A DNA stretch of 64,000 bases from positions 1,236-65,235 of the forward strand of contig JAHFNH010000004.1 of NCBI GenBank assembly GCA_023267435.1, in the 5' to 3' direction. Both the position numbers and the translations under genes were made by a program. The notes beneath the pieces were generated by a model. The model ran no database searches. It was not told where the DNA came from and was given only the letters and a program-made list of their open reading frames with translations. Source of the DNA: Candidatus Nomurabacteria bacterium (lineage in GTDB: Bacteria; Patescibacteriota; Minisyncoccia; Phycocordibacterales; UBA9973). Below are positions 10,143 through 20,246 of this stretch, piece by piece (the first letter of the stretch is position 1; each line of letters opens with the position of its first letter).

Positions 10143-11387
10143 ATGCAAACTCAAGAGTTAAAAAAATATAAAATTCCGGATAAGCCTGGAGTATATTTTT
10201 TCCTTAAAAATAAGGATATTTTTTATATTGGCAAAGCGACATCTTTAAAAGATAGAATAAAAAGTTATTTTAGTAATGATTTGTTTAATATGCGCGGACC
10301 TTTATTGGTGGATATGATAACCAAAGCGACAAGTATTAAATGGGTTGAAACTGATTCTGTTTTGGAAGCTCTGATTCTTGAGGCAAATTTTATCAAGAAA
10401 CATCAACCGATTTACAATACCAAAGAAAAGAGTGATAAGAGTTTCAATTATGTTTGTATTACAAGGGACACCTTACCTAAGGTAATTGTTGTTCGAGGAA
10501 AAGATTTAAATAAAAAACAAAAGAATTTTGGAGCCTTCGCCCTCGGAGGCATAAGGCAGGGAACCCACGACTCTGAAAATTCTTTTGTTTTTTACGATAA
10601 AGTTTTCGGCCCATATCCCAATGGTTCACAATTAAAAGAAGCACTAAAAATAGTGCGTCGCATTTTTCCATTTTTAGATGAAAAGAGTAAAAATAATTAT
10701 GAATTTTATAGACAATTAAAACTTGTTCCTGATGAGGGTAACTATAAGAAAAACATAAAAAATATAAAGTTATTTTTTGAAGGTAAAAAGAATAAAATCT
10801 TAAAAAATTTGGAAAAAGAAATGAGGGATTGTGCAAAAAGACATGAGTTTGAGAAAGCAGGGGAAATAAAAAAACAAATTTTTGCATTAAAACATATTCA
10901 AGATATTTCTTTAATTAAAGAAGATAAGATTACTAAAGAATTTTCTAAAGAAAATTTTCGCATTGAAGCTTATGACATAGCGCATATGAGCGGGGAAAAT
11001 ATGGTTGGCGTGATGGTGGTCATTGAAGATGGGGAAGTGAATAAAAAAGAATACCGGAAGTTTAAGATAAAAAATTACTCAAGTTCCAATGACGTTGGTG
11101 CATTAAAAGAAGTATTAGAGCGCAGGTTTGCTCATACAGAATGGATATACCCTAAACTAATGGTGATAGACGGAGGTAAGGCTCAGTTGAATATCGTTAA
11201 AAAATTCCAAAATGAAGTTGGTTTAGCAATACCAGTTGTGTCTGTGGTGAAAGACGAAAGACATAGGCCTAAAGCTATTTTAGGTGTTTCATCTGGTATC
11301 TCAGAGTCTTTGATACTTTTAGCTAATTCTGAAGCTCATAGATTTGCAATTTCGTATCATAGGAAATTACGTGGGAAGATTATATAA
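10143..11387 (+). CDS. uvrC: UvrC-like excinuclease (GIY-YIG + UVR + RNaseH-like, no HhH tail) with an in-frame palindromic insertion
   Basis: PDKPGVYFF..YIGKATSLKDRIKSYF, EALILEANFIKKHQPIYN, RIEAYDIAH, IDGGKAQL, EAHRFAISYHR. Confidence 0.9.
   Translation: MQTQELKKYKIPDKPGVYFFLKNKDIFYIGKATSLKDRIKSYFSNDLFNMRGPLLVDMITKATSIKWVETDSVLEALILEANFIKKHQPIYNTKEKSDKSFNYVCITRDTLPKVIVVRGKDLNKKQKNFGAFALGGIRQGTHDSENSFVFYDKVFGPYPNGSQLKEALKIVRRIFPFLDEKSKNNYEFYRQLKLVPDEGNYKKNIKNIKLFFEGKKNKILKNLEKEMRDCAKRHEFEKAGEIKKQIFALKHIQDISLIKEDKITKEFSKENFRIEAYDIAHMSGENMVGVMVVIEDGEVNKKEYRKFKIKNYSSSNDVGALKEVLERRFAHTEWIYPKLMVIDGGKAQLNIVKKFQNEVGLAIPVVSVVKDERHRPKAILGVSSGISESLILLANSEAHRFAISYHRKLRGKII
10511..10594. mobile_element. 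Palindromic element inserted in-frame in uvrC (84 nt)
   Basis: 19-bp perfect inverted repeat TAAAAAACAAAAGAATTTT/AAAATTCTTTTGTTTTTTA; core shared with the mnmA copy. Confidence 0.75.
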
Positions 11388-11395
11388 TATTATAT

Positions 11396-12319
11396 ATGTC
11401 TCAAGATATTACTAATAAAATAAGAGTTGGAGTGTTGAGGGGTGGTGTGGATTCATGCTATAAAAAATCTTTAACAGAAGGCGGAAACGTTATAGCTCAC
11501 ATTCTTGAAAATTTATCGGATAAATATAAACCCGTTGATATTTTAATTGACACAAATGGTATCTGGCATGTGAATGGTGTCCCAATCGAACCAGAAGGAA
11601 TTGCGGGCAAAGTTGATGTTATTTGGAACACGTTACATCCTAATTTATCTAAAGTTTTTAAAGATTTATCTATTCCTATAGTTGGTGTAAATTATTTAAA
11701 TTTTTTATCACCAGATAATCGAGTTATGTTAGAAAAACACATGAAAGAAATTAATGTAAAAATGCCCAGGCATTTGATTCTTCCTTTATACAAAGAAGAC
11801 ATTGATGGAACAAAAGAAAAATATGCGACACAAAAAGCAAAAGATGTTTTTGAAAAGTTTTCTTCACCTTGGATAGTAAGGCCTTTAGTCTCTGATGTTA
11901 GTATGGGTGTTCATATAGCAAACACTTTTCCAGAATTAGTTAATGCTATAATGGATGGTATAAAACATAATCATGGAATTGTGGTTGAAGAATTAATAAT
12001 TGGAAAGTTTGCTTCGGTGCATACACTCGCTGGTTTTAGAAATAAAGATATATATTCTTTTCCAATTATTGAAAAGTTTTCTTCATTGGAAAAAGAAAAA
12101 CTTATATTTATTGCACAAAAAATATATGAACATATTGATACTAATGATTATTTGAAGACAGATTTAATTTTACATCCAACTAAAGGAATTTATCTTTCAG
12201 ATATTTCATCTTACCCTAGTTTAAGTGAAGATTCTCATTTGAATCAGTCTTGTGAATCTGTGGGTGCCAAAACTCATCATGCACTAGCTTCTATACTAGA
12301 AGCTAGTTTTAGCGAGTAA
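11396..12319 (+). CDS. D-alanine--D-alanine ligase-like ATP-grasp protein, degenerate
   Basis: IRVGVLRGG, VDVIWNTLH, PWIVRP..SMGV, VVEELIIG; the catalytic EVNTLPG motif is not conserved. Confidence 0.7.
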   Translation: MSQDITNKIRVGVLRGGVDSCYKKSLTEGGNVIAHILENLSDKYKPVDILIDTNGIWHVNGVPIEPEGIAGKVDVIWNTLHPNLSKVFKDLSIPIVGVNYLNFLSPDNRVMLEKHMKEINVKMPRHLILPLYKEDIDGTKEKYATQKAKDVFEKFSSPWIVRPLVSDVSMGVHIANTFPELVNAIMDGIKHNHGIVVEELIIGKFASVHTLAGFRNKDIYSFPIIEKFSSLEKEKLIFIAQKIYEHIDTNDYLKTDLILHPTKGIYLSDISSYPSLSEDSHLNQSCESVGAKTHHALASILEASFSE

Positions 12320-12384
12320 AATATAGCTTTAATAATTAGAATATTTAACTAGCTGTTCTTTGTTTTTGTGATATAATTTTAAAC

Positions 12385-12518
12385 GTAGAATTGTTTTTAT
12401 CTGTGGCGGGTTATCGCACTCACATAGGCACATATGTTGGAGGTTAGCCATAACCCGCCTCAAATGAAAGCAATTTTTAAAAAAACTACATTAAAGTAAA
12501 ACTTAATGTAGTTTTTTT
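12385..12518 (+). ncRNA. Candidate small RNA with its own promoter and terminator
   Basis: Extended -10 TGATATAAT at 12369-12377; long hairpin GGCGGGTTAT/ATAACCCGCC with extended flanks; terminator AAAAAACTACATTAA..TTAATGTAGTTTTTT at 12479-12518; no ORF. Confidence 0.5.
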
Positions 12519-12774
12519 ATTTTTTATCAAATATATGTTTGATGAAAAAGTTTTTATGATTTTTTATAAAAAATAAAATTATAGAGTTATCCACAGTTTT
12601 TGTTTTAAAAATGTTGTCTTATGGTTTGATATGCGCGATAATTAAATTAGTTCTCCGCAATAATTATTTTGAAAATGTTTTTTACTAAATATTTTTGAGG
12701 TCGTGATTATTGCAAACCAAATTAAAAATTTAATTTTCGCGAAATCTGTTTTTACAGATACAGCGACAAATAAT

Positions 12775-12846
12775 ATGGCAGCAAAAAAGAAAGCAAAGAA
12801 AGTGGCAAAGAAGGCCGCAAAGAAATCAGCAAAAAAGAGAGCTTAA
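12775..12846 (+). CDS. 23-aa Lys/Ala-rich basic micro-protein, histone H1-tail-like
   Basis: MAAKKKAKKVAKKAAKKSAKKRA*, followed immediately by a terminator. Confidence 0.75.
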   Translation: MAAKKKAKKVAKKAAKKSAKKRA

Positions 12847-12855
12847 TACTCTTTT

Positions 12856-12890
12856 AAAAAATCTCTCGATGAAAATCGGGGGATTTTTTT
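12856..12890 (+). terminator. Intrinsic terminator
   Basis: AAAAAATCTCTCGAT-GAAA-ATCGGGGGATTTTTT. Confidence 0.75.
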
Positions 12891-12892
12891 AT

Positions 12893-12926
12893 TGTGCATC
12901 TTCGGCACATCCGCCGTCGAGGCGGA
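12893..12926 (-). repeat. Dispersed double-hairpin repeat, copy 2
   Basis: Reverse complement reads TCCGCC-TCGAC-GGCGGA-TGTGCC-GAAGA-TGCACA. Confidence 0.75.
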
Positions 12927-12962
12927 TTTATAATTAATGAAAATTATGTTATTATAGGGGTT

Positions 12963-15404
12963 ATGACATTATTCAGCAAAATTTTCGGGGATACGAGCTC
13001 AAAGTTCATAAAAGATGCTCAAAATATAGTGGAAAAAGTAAATGCCTGGGAGGCTGAAATTTCAAAGTTGCAGGATTTAGATTTTCCAAAAAAAACGCAA
13101 GAGTTTAAAGACAGACTCTTAAAAGATGAAACTTTAGATGATATTTTACCGGAAGCTTTTGCTTTAGTTCGTGAAGCAGGAAAGAGGTGTTTAAACGAGA
13201 GACATTATGATGTTCAGCTTGTTGGAGGCTTGGTTTTACATAAAGGAAAGATTTCTGAGATGAAAACAGGTGAAGGTAAAACTTTAGTTGCAACTTTGCC
13301 AGCATATCTAAATGCATTAACGGGTCTTGGTGTGCATATTGTTACAGTCAATGATTATCTTTCACGCAGAGATGCGGTTTTGATGGGTCAAGTATATAAT
13401 TTTCTCGGTCTTTCTGTTGGCGTTATAAATTCTCAAAATGTTTCTTATTTATATGACGCTAGTCATATTGAAGAAGACAAGGAACGTGACATTATTGGAG
13501 AATTTAAAATTTTTTATGATTTCTTAAAACCATGTTCACGACAGCAAGCTTATGCTGCAGACATTACCTACGGGACAAATCATGAATATGGCTTCGATTA
13601 TTTAAGAGATAATTTAGCGACATCAATAAATGATCTTGTTCAAAGAGAACACAATTTTGCAATCGTTGACGAAGTGGACTCTATTTTAATAGATGAAGCT
13701 CGTACTCCGCTTATTATTTCTTCTGCTTCCGGAGATTCTGAAGATTTTTATGTTAGATTTTATGAAATTGCCAAACAGCTCAAAAGAGATGTTGATTATA
13801 ATGTAGATGAAAAATTAAAGGCGATAACTTTGACTGACGAAGGTATAACTAAAGCAGAAAATTTGCTCGGTATTGAAAATATTTATACCGAAAAGGGTAT
13901 TAAATATGTGCATCATCTAGAGACTGCGGTAAAAGCTCAGGCTATTTTTGAACGTGATAAGGATTATGTTGTGAAAGAAGGTGAAGTGATTATAGTTGAC
14001 CCTTTTACTGGACGTCTTCAACCAGGCAGGCGCTGGTCTGAAGGAATTCACCAGGCTATTGAGGCGAAAGAAGGCGTAAAAATTGAAAAGGAAACACGTT
14101 CGTCTGGATCTATAACTTTCCAAAACTATTTCAGATTTTATAAAAAGTTATCAGGTATGACTGGTACAGCTTTGACTTCCGCGGAAGAATTTTTGAAAGT
14201 TTACGGTTTAGATGTAGTGGTGGTCCCAACTAATCGACCTGTTGTCCGTGCTGATCATTCAGATCTTATTTTCCAGACAGAAAAGGGAAAATTCCAAGCT
14301 ATTGCTAAAAAAGTAAAAGAGTTAAATAGTAAAGGTCAGCCAGTTCTTATTGGTACTATTTCCATTGAAAAGAATGAACTTTTGTCTGTTTACTTAAAAC
14401 AGGAAGGCGTGCCCCATACAATTTTAAATGCAAAAAATCACGAGAGAGAAGGTGAAATTATTGCTCAAGCTGGAAAAAGAGGCGCAGTGACTATTGCTAC
14501 AAACATGGCTGGTCGCGGAATCGACATAAAACTAGGTGGTAATCCAATGATTAAAGAAGAATGTGAAATTGTTAAAGATGCCGGTGGTCTTTTTGTTCTC
14601 GGTACTGAAAGACATGAAGCTCGAAGAATAGACAATCAGTTGAGAGGACGTGCAGGTCGTCAGGGAGATCCTGGTGAAACCCAGTTTTATGTTTCTCTTG
14701 AAGATGATTTGATGCGTATTTTCGGTTCTGAAAGAATAAAAACAATGATGGGACGTTTTGGTATTCCAGAAGAGCAGCCTATAGAGAATCGTTTTATCAA
14801 TAGAACCTTAGAAGGCGCACAAGCTAAAATCGAAGGTTTTCACTTTGATTCTCGTAAAAGTACTCTTGAATATGATGATGTTCTTAATCATCAAAGAGAA
14901 TCTATTTACGAGAGAAGGAGAAAAATGATTCACGCAGACAAGATGGAGATTGAGAATTTACTTCAAAAACTCACAGAAGAAAGAGAAGGTTCAGAAAAAA
15001 CAATAAAAGATAAAAGGGAAAAATTAGGAGACGAGGCTTTCCTTGAGACAGTACGAAGAATTGCATTGTATAGTACAGACGCGCTTTGGATGGAGCATTT
15101 GGAAGCGATGGATTATTTACGTTCATCTGTGAACTTAAGAGCTTACGGTCAGCGTGAACCTATTGTTGAGTATAAAAAAGAAGGGCTTAAAATGTTCAAG
15201 GAAATGGAAGAGGTCTTTGAAGATCAAGTTCTTTCATTAATTGAAACTATTACAGAGCCAGCTAAGCCTGAGAGTGCAGAACCTAAAGAAGTTCTAATCA
15301 CAAGCCATAATGAACCTTCTGAATTTTCTGATACTGAAGCAGGCAGAAATGATCCATGCCCTTGTGGAAGCGGTAAAAAATTCAAGAAGTGTCACGGGCA
15401 GTAA
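12963..15404 (+). CDS. secA: Preprotein translocase subunit SecA (start moved to ATG 12963)
   Basis: EMKTGEGKT, DEVDSILIDEARTPLIIS, TNMAGRG, QLRGRAGRQGDPG, SEC-C motif GRNDPCPCGSGKKFKKCHG. Confidence 0.98.
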   Translation: MTLFSKIFGDTSSKFIKDAQNIVEKVNAWEAEISKLQDLDFPKKTQEFKDRLLKDETLDDILPEAFALVREAGKRCLNERHYDVQLVGGLVLHKGKISEMKTGEGKTLVATLPAYLNALTGLGVHIVTVNDYLSRRDAVLMGQVYNFLGLSVGVINSQNVSYLYDASHIEEDKERDIIGEFKIFYDFLKPCSRQQAYAADITYGTNHEYGFDYLRDNLATSINDLVQREHNFAIVDEVDSILIDEARTPLIISSASGDSEDFYVRFYEIAKQLKRDVDYNVDEKLKAITLTDEGITKAENLLGIENIYTEKGIKYVHHLETAVKAQAIFERDKDYVVKEGEVIIVDPFTGRLQPGRRWSEGIHQAIEAKEGVKIEKETRSSGSITFQNYFRFYKKLSGMTGTALTSAEEFLKVYGLDVVVVPTNRPVVRADHSDLIFQTEKGKFQAIAKKVKELNSKGQPVLIGTISIEKNELLSVYLKQEGVPHTILNAKNHEREGEIIAQAGKRGAVTIATNMAGRGIDIKLGGNPMIKEECEIVKDAGGLFVLGTERHEARRIDNQLRGRAGRQGDPGETQFYVSLEDDLMRIFGSERIKTMMGRFGIPEEQPIENRFINRTLEGAQAKIEGFHFDSRKSTLEYDDVLNHQRESIYERRRKMIHADKMEIENLLQKLTEEREGSEKTIKDKREKLGDEAFLETVRRIALYSTDALWMEHLEAMDYLRSSVNLRAYGQREPIVEYKKEGLKMFKEMEEVFEDQVLSLIETITEPAKPESAEPKEVLITSHNEPSEFSDTEAGRNDPCPCGSGKKFKKCHGQ

Positions 15405-15407
15405 AAT

Positions 15408-16637
15408 ATGAGAGGATTGATAAAAAATCTTAAAATAAAAAGACGGGCGATCTCAACTCTAGCGGCGTTGCATTTTTATGGTAATCCATCAGCTAAATTA
15501 AAAATAGTCGGAGTGACAGGTACGAATGGTAAGACGACGACAGCGACACTTTTATATAAAATTGCTACTAGTTTAGGATATAAAGCAGGACTTATTGGAA
15601 CAGTAGAAAATATTTTGGTAGATGAAATTAGGCCATCGACACATACGACACCTGGGCCTATTCAACTCAACAAACTTCTTTCAGAAATGGCAGACAGGAG
15701 ATGCGAGTACGTTTTTATGGAAGTGTCTTCACATGCCATAGATCAAAAGCGCATTGCGGGAGTAAATTTTGTCGGAGGTATTTTTACAAATCTTACTCAT
15801 GATCATTTGGATTATCATAAGAGTTTCGAAAATTATTTTTTAGCTAAGAAGAAGTTTTTTGAGCATCTTCCTAAAGATTCTTTTGCTCTTTCAAATATGG
15901 ACGATGAACACGGTAAGGCGATGATTGAAAGTATTTCAGCTAGAAGATTTTTCTATGGATTTAATGGAGGCGAAGATTTTCATGGAGAAATTAATAAATT
16001 AGATTCTAAGGGATTAGAACTTATTTTTAATGAGGAAAAAATTAAGGTAAAACTTTTAGGTAAATTTAATGCCTATAATTTACTTTCAGTTTGGAGCACT
16101 GCAAAACTTTTAGGTTTTGATATGGAAAAGGTTAAAACAATTTTGGAAGATATTGATCCTCCAAGAGGTAGGTTTGATCATTTTATGTCTCCAAATGGTG
16201 TTTTAGTTGTTGTTGATTATGCTCACACTCCGGATGCATTAGAGAAGATACTTTTAGCGGTATTGGAATTAAAAATAGAAAAGGGCAGGATTATTTCGGT
16301 GTTTGGTTGCGGGGGAGATCGAGATCCTTTAAAACGAAGGATTATGGGAAAAATCGGAGTGACACTTTCTGACATAGCTATTTTTACATCGGACAATCCA
16401 AGGAGTGAAGATCCTGAAAAAATTCTTATTGAAATGAAAACTGATTTGTCTATTGCTGATTCAAAAAAAGTAAAAAAGATTTCAAACCGTCGTGAAGCAA
16501 TTCTTGAAGCAGTTCATTTAGCAAAGGAAGGGGATATAATTTTATGCGCCGGCAAGGGTCATGAAGATTATCAGGAAATAAAAGGAGTGAAGCATCATTT
16601 TAATGATTTAGAAGAACTTAAAAATGCCTTTAAATAA
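15408..16637 (+). CDS. murE: UDP-MurNAc-tripeptide synthetase (meso-DAP type DNPR motif; N-terminal domain absent)
   Basis: GVTGTNGKTT, MEVSSH, TNLTHDHLDYH, DYAHTPDAL, SDNPRSE, AGKGHEDYQ. Confidence 0.95.
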   Translation: MRGLIKNLKIKRRAISTLAALHFYGNPSAKLKIVGVTGTNGKTTTATLLYKIATSLGYKAGLIGTVENILVDEIRPSTHTTPGPIQLNKLLSEMADRRCEYVFMEVSSHAIDQKRIAGVNFVGGIFTNLTHDHLDYHKSFENYFLAKKKFFEHLPKDSFALSNMDDEHGKAMIESISARRFFYGFNGGEDFHGEINKLDSKGLELIFNEEKIKVKLLGKFNAYNLLSVWSTAKLLGFDMEKVKTILEDIDPPRGRFDHFMSPNGVLVVVDYAHTPDALEKILLAVLELKIEKGRIISVFGCGGDRDPLKRRIMGKIGVTLSDIAIFTSDNPRSEDPEKILIEMKTDLSIADSKKVKKISNRREAILEAVHLAKEGDIILCAGKGHEDYQEIKGVKHHFNDLEELKNAFK

Positions 16638-17964
16638 TTACAAGAAAATCTTTAAGAATAAAAAAATAACAGTCATGGGATTGGGTATTTTAGGGCGGGG
16701 TCTTGGATATACTAAATTCTTGGCAGAATGCGGAGCGGATTTGATTGTGACGGACTTGAAAACAAAAAAACAATTAATAACTTCAGTGAAAGCTCTTTCT
16801 AAGTTTAAAAATATAAAATTTATCTTAGGTGAGCATAGACTGGAAGATTTTAGAGATAGAGATATGATTATCAAGGCAGCCGGTGTACCATTTGATTCTA
16901 TTTATATAAATGAAGCTAGAAAAAACAATATTCCAATTGAGATGGATGTTTCTCTTTTTGCTAAAACTGCACCGAAAGTAATGATTGTCGGCGTGACTGG
17001 CACGAGAGGGAAGTCAATGACGACAACTTTGATTTATGAAATTCTTAAAAAGAATGAAAAGTTCTTGAAAAGAAATGTTTTTATAGGAGGTAATCTTCGT
17101 GGTGTAGCTACATTGCCTTTATTAAAAAAGGTTAAAGCTGGCGATATTATAGTTTGTGAACTTGATTCATGGCAATTGCAGGGTTTTGGCGAAGCAAAAA
17201 TTTCTCCGCATATTTCTGTCTTTACTACTTTTATGCCGGATCATATGAATTACTATAAAAATAGTATGAAAAAGTATTTTGATGATAAAGCAAATGTTTT
17301 TAAATATCAGAAAAAAGAAGATACTTTAATTGTGCGTCCTGATATGAAGAAATTAATTCCGAAAGGTATTAAATCAAAATTAATAGTAGTAAACAAAAAA
17401 GATGTTTTAGGTTGGAAATTTAACGTGCCGGGGGAGCATCATCGAGAAAATTTGGCGTGTGCTGTGGCTGTGGCTAAAAATTTAGGAATTCCAGAAGTTA
17501 AAATTATCAAAGCTGTTGCTGATTTTAAAGATTTAGAAGGCCGCCTCCAGCTTTTGAAAGTGTATAAGGGTGTAAAAATATATAATGATAATAATGCCAC
17601 GACTCCCGAAGCGACTATTGCTGGAATTGAGGCATTAAAAAACGACAAGAAAAATATTGTTTTAATTTGTGGCGGAGCAGATAAAAAGCTTGATTTAACC
17701 AACTTTGTGAAAGTAGTAAATAAATACTGTAAGGCTGTGATACTAATACCTGGCACTGGAACAGATGTTTTATTAAATAACTATAAACTAAAAGTACCCA
17801 ATGAAGTTGGTAAAGATTTAAAAGATATAATAAAAAAGTCTTTAGGTCTTGCCTCAAGAGGAGATATTATTCTTTTCTCTCCAGCTTTTGCTTCATTTGG
17901 AATGTTTAATAATGAATACGAAAGAAATGATTTGTTTATGAAGATAGTTAAAAAGTTAAAGTAA
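16624..17964 (+). CDS. murD: UDP-MurNAc-L-Ala--D-glutamate ligase
   Basis: MGLGILG, GVTGTRGKS, ELDSWQL, SPAFASFGMFNNEYER. Confidence 0.93.
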   Translation: MPLNNYKKIFKNKKITVMGLGILGRGLGYTKFLAECGADLIVTDLKTKKQLITSVKALSKFKNIKFILGEHRLEDFRDRDMIIKAAGVPFDSIYINEARKNNIPIEMDVSLFAKTAPKVMIVGVTGTRGKSMTTTLIYEILKKNEKFLKRNVFIGGNLRGVATLPLLKKVKAGDIIVCELDSWQLQGFGEAKISPHISVFTTFMPDHMNYYKNSMKKYFDDKANVFKYQKKEDTLIVRPDMKKLIPKGIKSKLIVVNKKDVLGWKFNVPGEHHRENLACAVAVAKNLGIPEVKIIKAVADFKDLEGRLQLLKVYKGVKIYNDNNATTPEATIAGIEALKNDKKNIVLICGGADKKLDLTNFVKVVNKYCKAVILIPGTGTDVLLNNYKLKVPNEVGKDLKDIIKKSLGLASRGDIILFSPAFASFGMFNNEYERNDLFMKIVKKLK

Positions 17965-17965
17965 T

Positions 17966-19288
17966 ATGCAACTAGATTTATCAAAAATTAAAAATGTTCA
18001 CTTTATTGGTATCGGTGGTATCGGTATTTCGGCTATTGCTCGAATGATGCTTCATGATGATAAAAATGTTACAGGTCAAGATATGCAAGAAGGTGAGGTT
18101 GTTAGAGAGCTTCGTAAAATAGGTGTTGATGTTATCATAGGCCAGTCATATGAAAATATCCCAAAAGATGTAGATTTGATTGTTTATACTATTGCAATAG
18201 ATAATTACGACCCCGAACTAGCTGAAAAAATAAAAAACCAAGATAAGATTCCCGTCAGGTCATATCCACAAATGCTTGGAGAAATAACTAAAAATAAATA
18301 TACTATCGCAATTTGTGGAACTCATGGAAAAACGACAACTACTGGAATGATTGCAAAAGTCTTATGTGATGCAAATAAAAAACCAACAGTAATTATTGGA
18401 AGCTTGTTAGCTGGAAAGACTAATTTTATTTCGGGTGAAGGTGATTTATTTGTCGTAGAAGCTTGCGAATACCGCAGATCATTTTTAAATATTAATCCAA
18501 AGATTTTAGTTGTTACAAATATTGATGAGGATCATTTAGACTATTACAAAGACATAGAAGATATTAAAGATGCATTTCGTGAGATGGCGATGAAAGTCCC
18601 AATTGATGGGTTTGTTGTCTGTAACCCAAATGATCCGAATATTACTGATGTACTAAAAAATATAAATGCTCAAGTAATAAACTATCACGATTTTTTTGAT
18701 GATCATTTGAAATTAAAAATTCCTGGTATCCACAATAGAAAAGATGCAGCCGCAGCTCAGGCGGTGGCAAATATTTTAGAAATTTCAAAAGAAGACTCAC
18801 AAAAATCTGTGGCTCAGTTTCCTGGGACTTGGAGGAGATTTGAACATAAAGGGGAGATTAAAGAGAGGGCGCAAGTTTACGATGATTATGCTCATCATCC
18901 AACAGAGATATCTGCGACCTTGGAGGGCTTTCGCGAACTTTATCCTAAAGAAGCCGGCTGGAATATAACCGTAATTTTTCAACCGCATCTTTTTAGTCGC
19001 ACAAAGCTATTATTGAATGAATTTGCTCAGAGTTTTGTCTTGGCTGACAACATTCTTTTGTTGCCGATTTACTATGCTCGAGAGGAAGATGATGGCACTA
19101 TTTCGTCAAAAATACTTTCCTATGAGATTAATAAATTTCAGAACAATCAAAACTCTCAAGCCTTTAATAGTTTTGAAGAGGCTGAAAAAGCTTTAAAACA
19201 AAGGGTCTTTACAGATAAAGATATTATTGTGACGATGGGAGCAGGGGAAGCTTTTAAGATTGGTGATGATTTGCTCAAATCTCAGTAA
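17966..19288 (+). CDS. murC: UDP-N-acetylmuramate--L-alanine ligase
   Basis: HFIGIGGIGISAIA, GTHGKTTTT, EACEY, DDYAHHPTE, FQPHLFSRT, MGAG. Confidence 0.95.
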   Translation: MQLDLSKIKNVHFIGIGGIGISAIARMMLHDDKNVTGQDMQEGEVVRELRKIGVDVIIGQSYENIPKDVDLIVYTIAIDNYDPELAEKIKNQDKIPVRSYPQMLGEITKNKYTIAICGTHGKTTTTGMIAKVLCDANKKPTVIIGSLLAGKTNFISGEGDLFVVEACEYRRSFLNINPKILVVTNIDEDHLDYYKDIEDIKDAFREMAMKVPIDGFVVCNPNDPNITDVLKNINAQVINYHDFFDDHLKLKIPGIHNRKDAAAAQAVANILEISKEDSQKSVAQFPGTWRRFEHKGEIKERAQVYDDYAHHPTEISATLEGFRELYPKEAGWNITVIFQPHLFSRTKLLLNEFAQSFVLADNILLLPIYYAREEDDGTISSKILSYEINKFQNNQNSQAFNSFEEAEKALKQRVFTDKDIIVTMGAGEAFKIGDDLLKSQ

Positions 19289-19542
19289 AACCTTGCATTT
19301 TAAGCTGAATATGACCATATTTAAGCCTTATTTGTCAAGGAGTATAGTGTAAAATACCCTTATTTTACAAGCTACTTTTCATTTGACAGATGACAAAAAT
19401 GTTGTTTAACTATTGACTTTTGAACCCGGACATGCTAGTATGTACGAGTATCCTTATTGAAGTCTAAAAAGACTTATCAATAAGTGATCTTCAGTCACAG
19501 CTGAATACAGATATATGGTTGGCGGAGCAAAATCGCCTTACT

Positions 19543-20166
19543 ATGCAAAATAAAAAATTAATACGGTTTGTGGAGGCGGTTATTCTTATGCCTATGATGT
19601 CAGTATCAATGTCTTCTGGAAATGTTCCAAAAGGACCAGTGATTACTGAAACTCCCCAGGTTGTATTATCACAACAAATGAATAAAGGTTTTAATGGTCT
19701 TTTAGCTTTTAACCAAGCTGAAGATCAAAAAGCCGACAAAACTCTTGAAGCTCAAGCGAAAGCCATTGATGCATATTTCAAGGCTCATGATATGCCTTTA
19801 GAAGGCACAGGTATGAAAATGGCTGTTGAGGCTCAAAAGAACAATATTGATTGGCGTCTTTTGCCAGCTATTGCCGCTCGTGAGTCAACTGGTGGCAAGC
19901 ATGCTTGTAAGAAAGTAGCTCATAGTTTTATGGGTTGGGGTTCTTGTAAGATTAGCTTTAAATCAGACGAAGAGGCGATTGAAATCGTGGCAAATAATTT
20001 AGGAGGTAATAATCCAAACACTGATCAGCATTATGCTGGTAAAACCACAAAAGAAATTCTCCGTAAGTATAATTCCGTAATACCAAAATATGTCACTCAG
20101 GTTATAACCATAATGGATGAAATAGGTGATGAAACAATTAATGTAGACCAAAAAGCCCAGGCGTAG
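19543..20166 (+). CDS. Secreted lysozyme-fold/glucosaminidase-like protein
   Basis: N-terminal hydrophobic segment; IDWRLLPAIAARESTGGK...GWG, ending in YN...YV like other lysozyme-fold muramidases. Confidence 0.55.
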   Translation: MQNKKLIRFVEAVILMPMMSVSMSSGNVPKGPVITETPQVVLSQQMNKGFNGLLAFNQAEDQKADKTLEAQAKAIDAYFKAHDMPLEGTGMKMAVEAQKNNIDWRLLPAIAARESTGGKHACKKVAHSFMGWGSCKISFKSDEEAIEIVANNLGGNNPNTDQHYAGKTTKEILRKYNSVIPKYVTQVITIMDEIGDETINVDQKAQA

Positions 20167-20246
20167 CCGCTCGGGCTTTTTGTTTTTTAGTGTATACTTA
20201 AGATATTAAAATTTAACTGTAATTAATTATTAATTTAAAAAACAAT

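Noticed and set aside
12894-12962. N-terminal extension of SecA from the GTG start
   Set aside because: It translates the double-hairpin repeat; the SecA-like sequence starts at ATG 12963.
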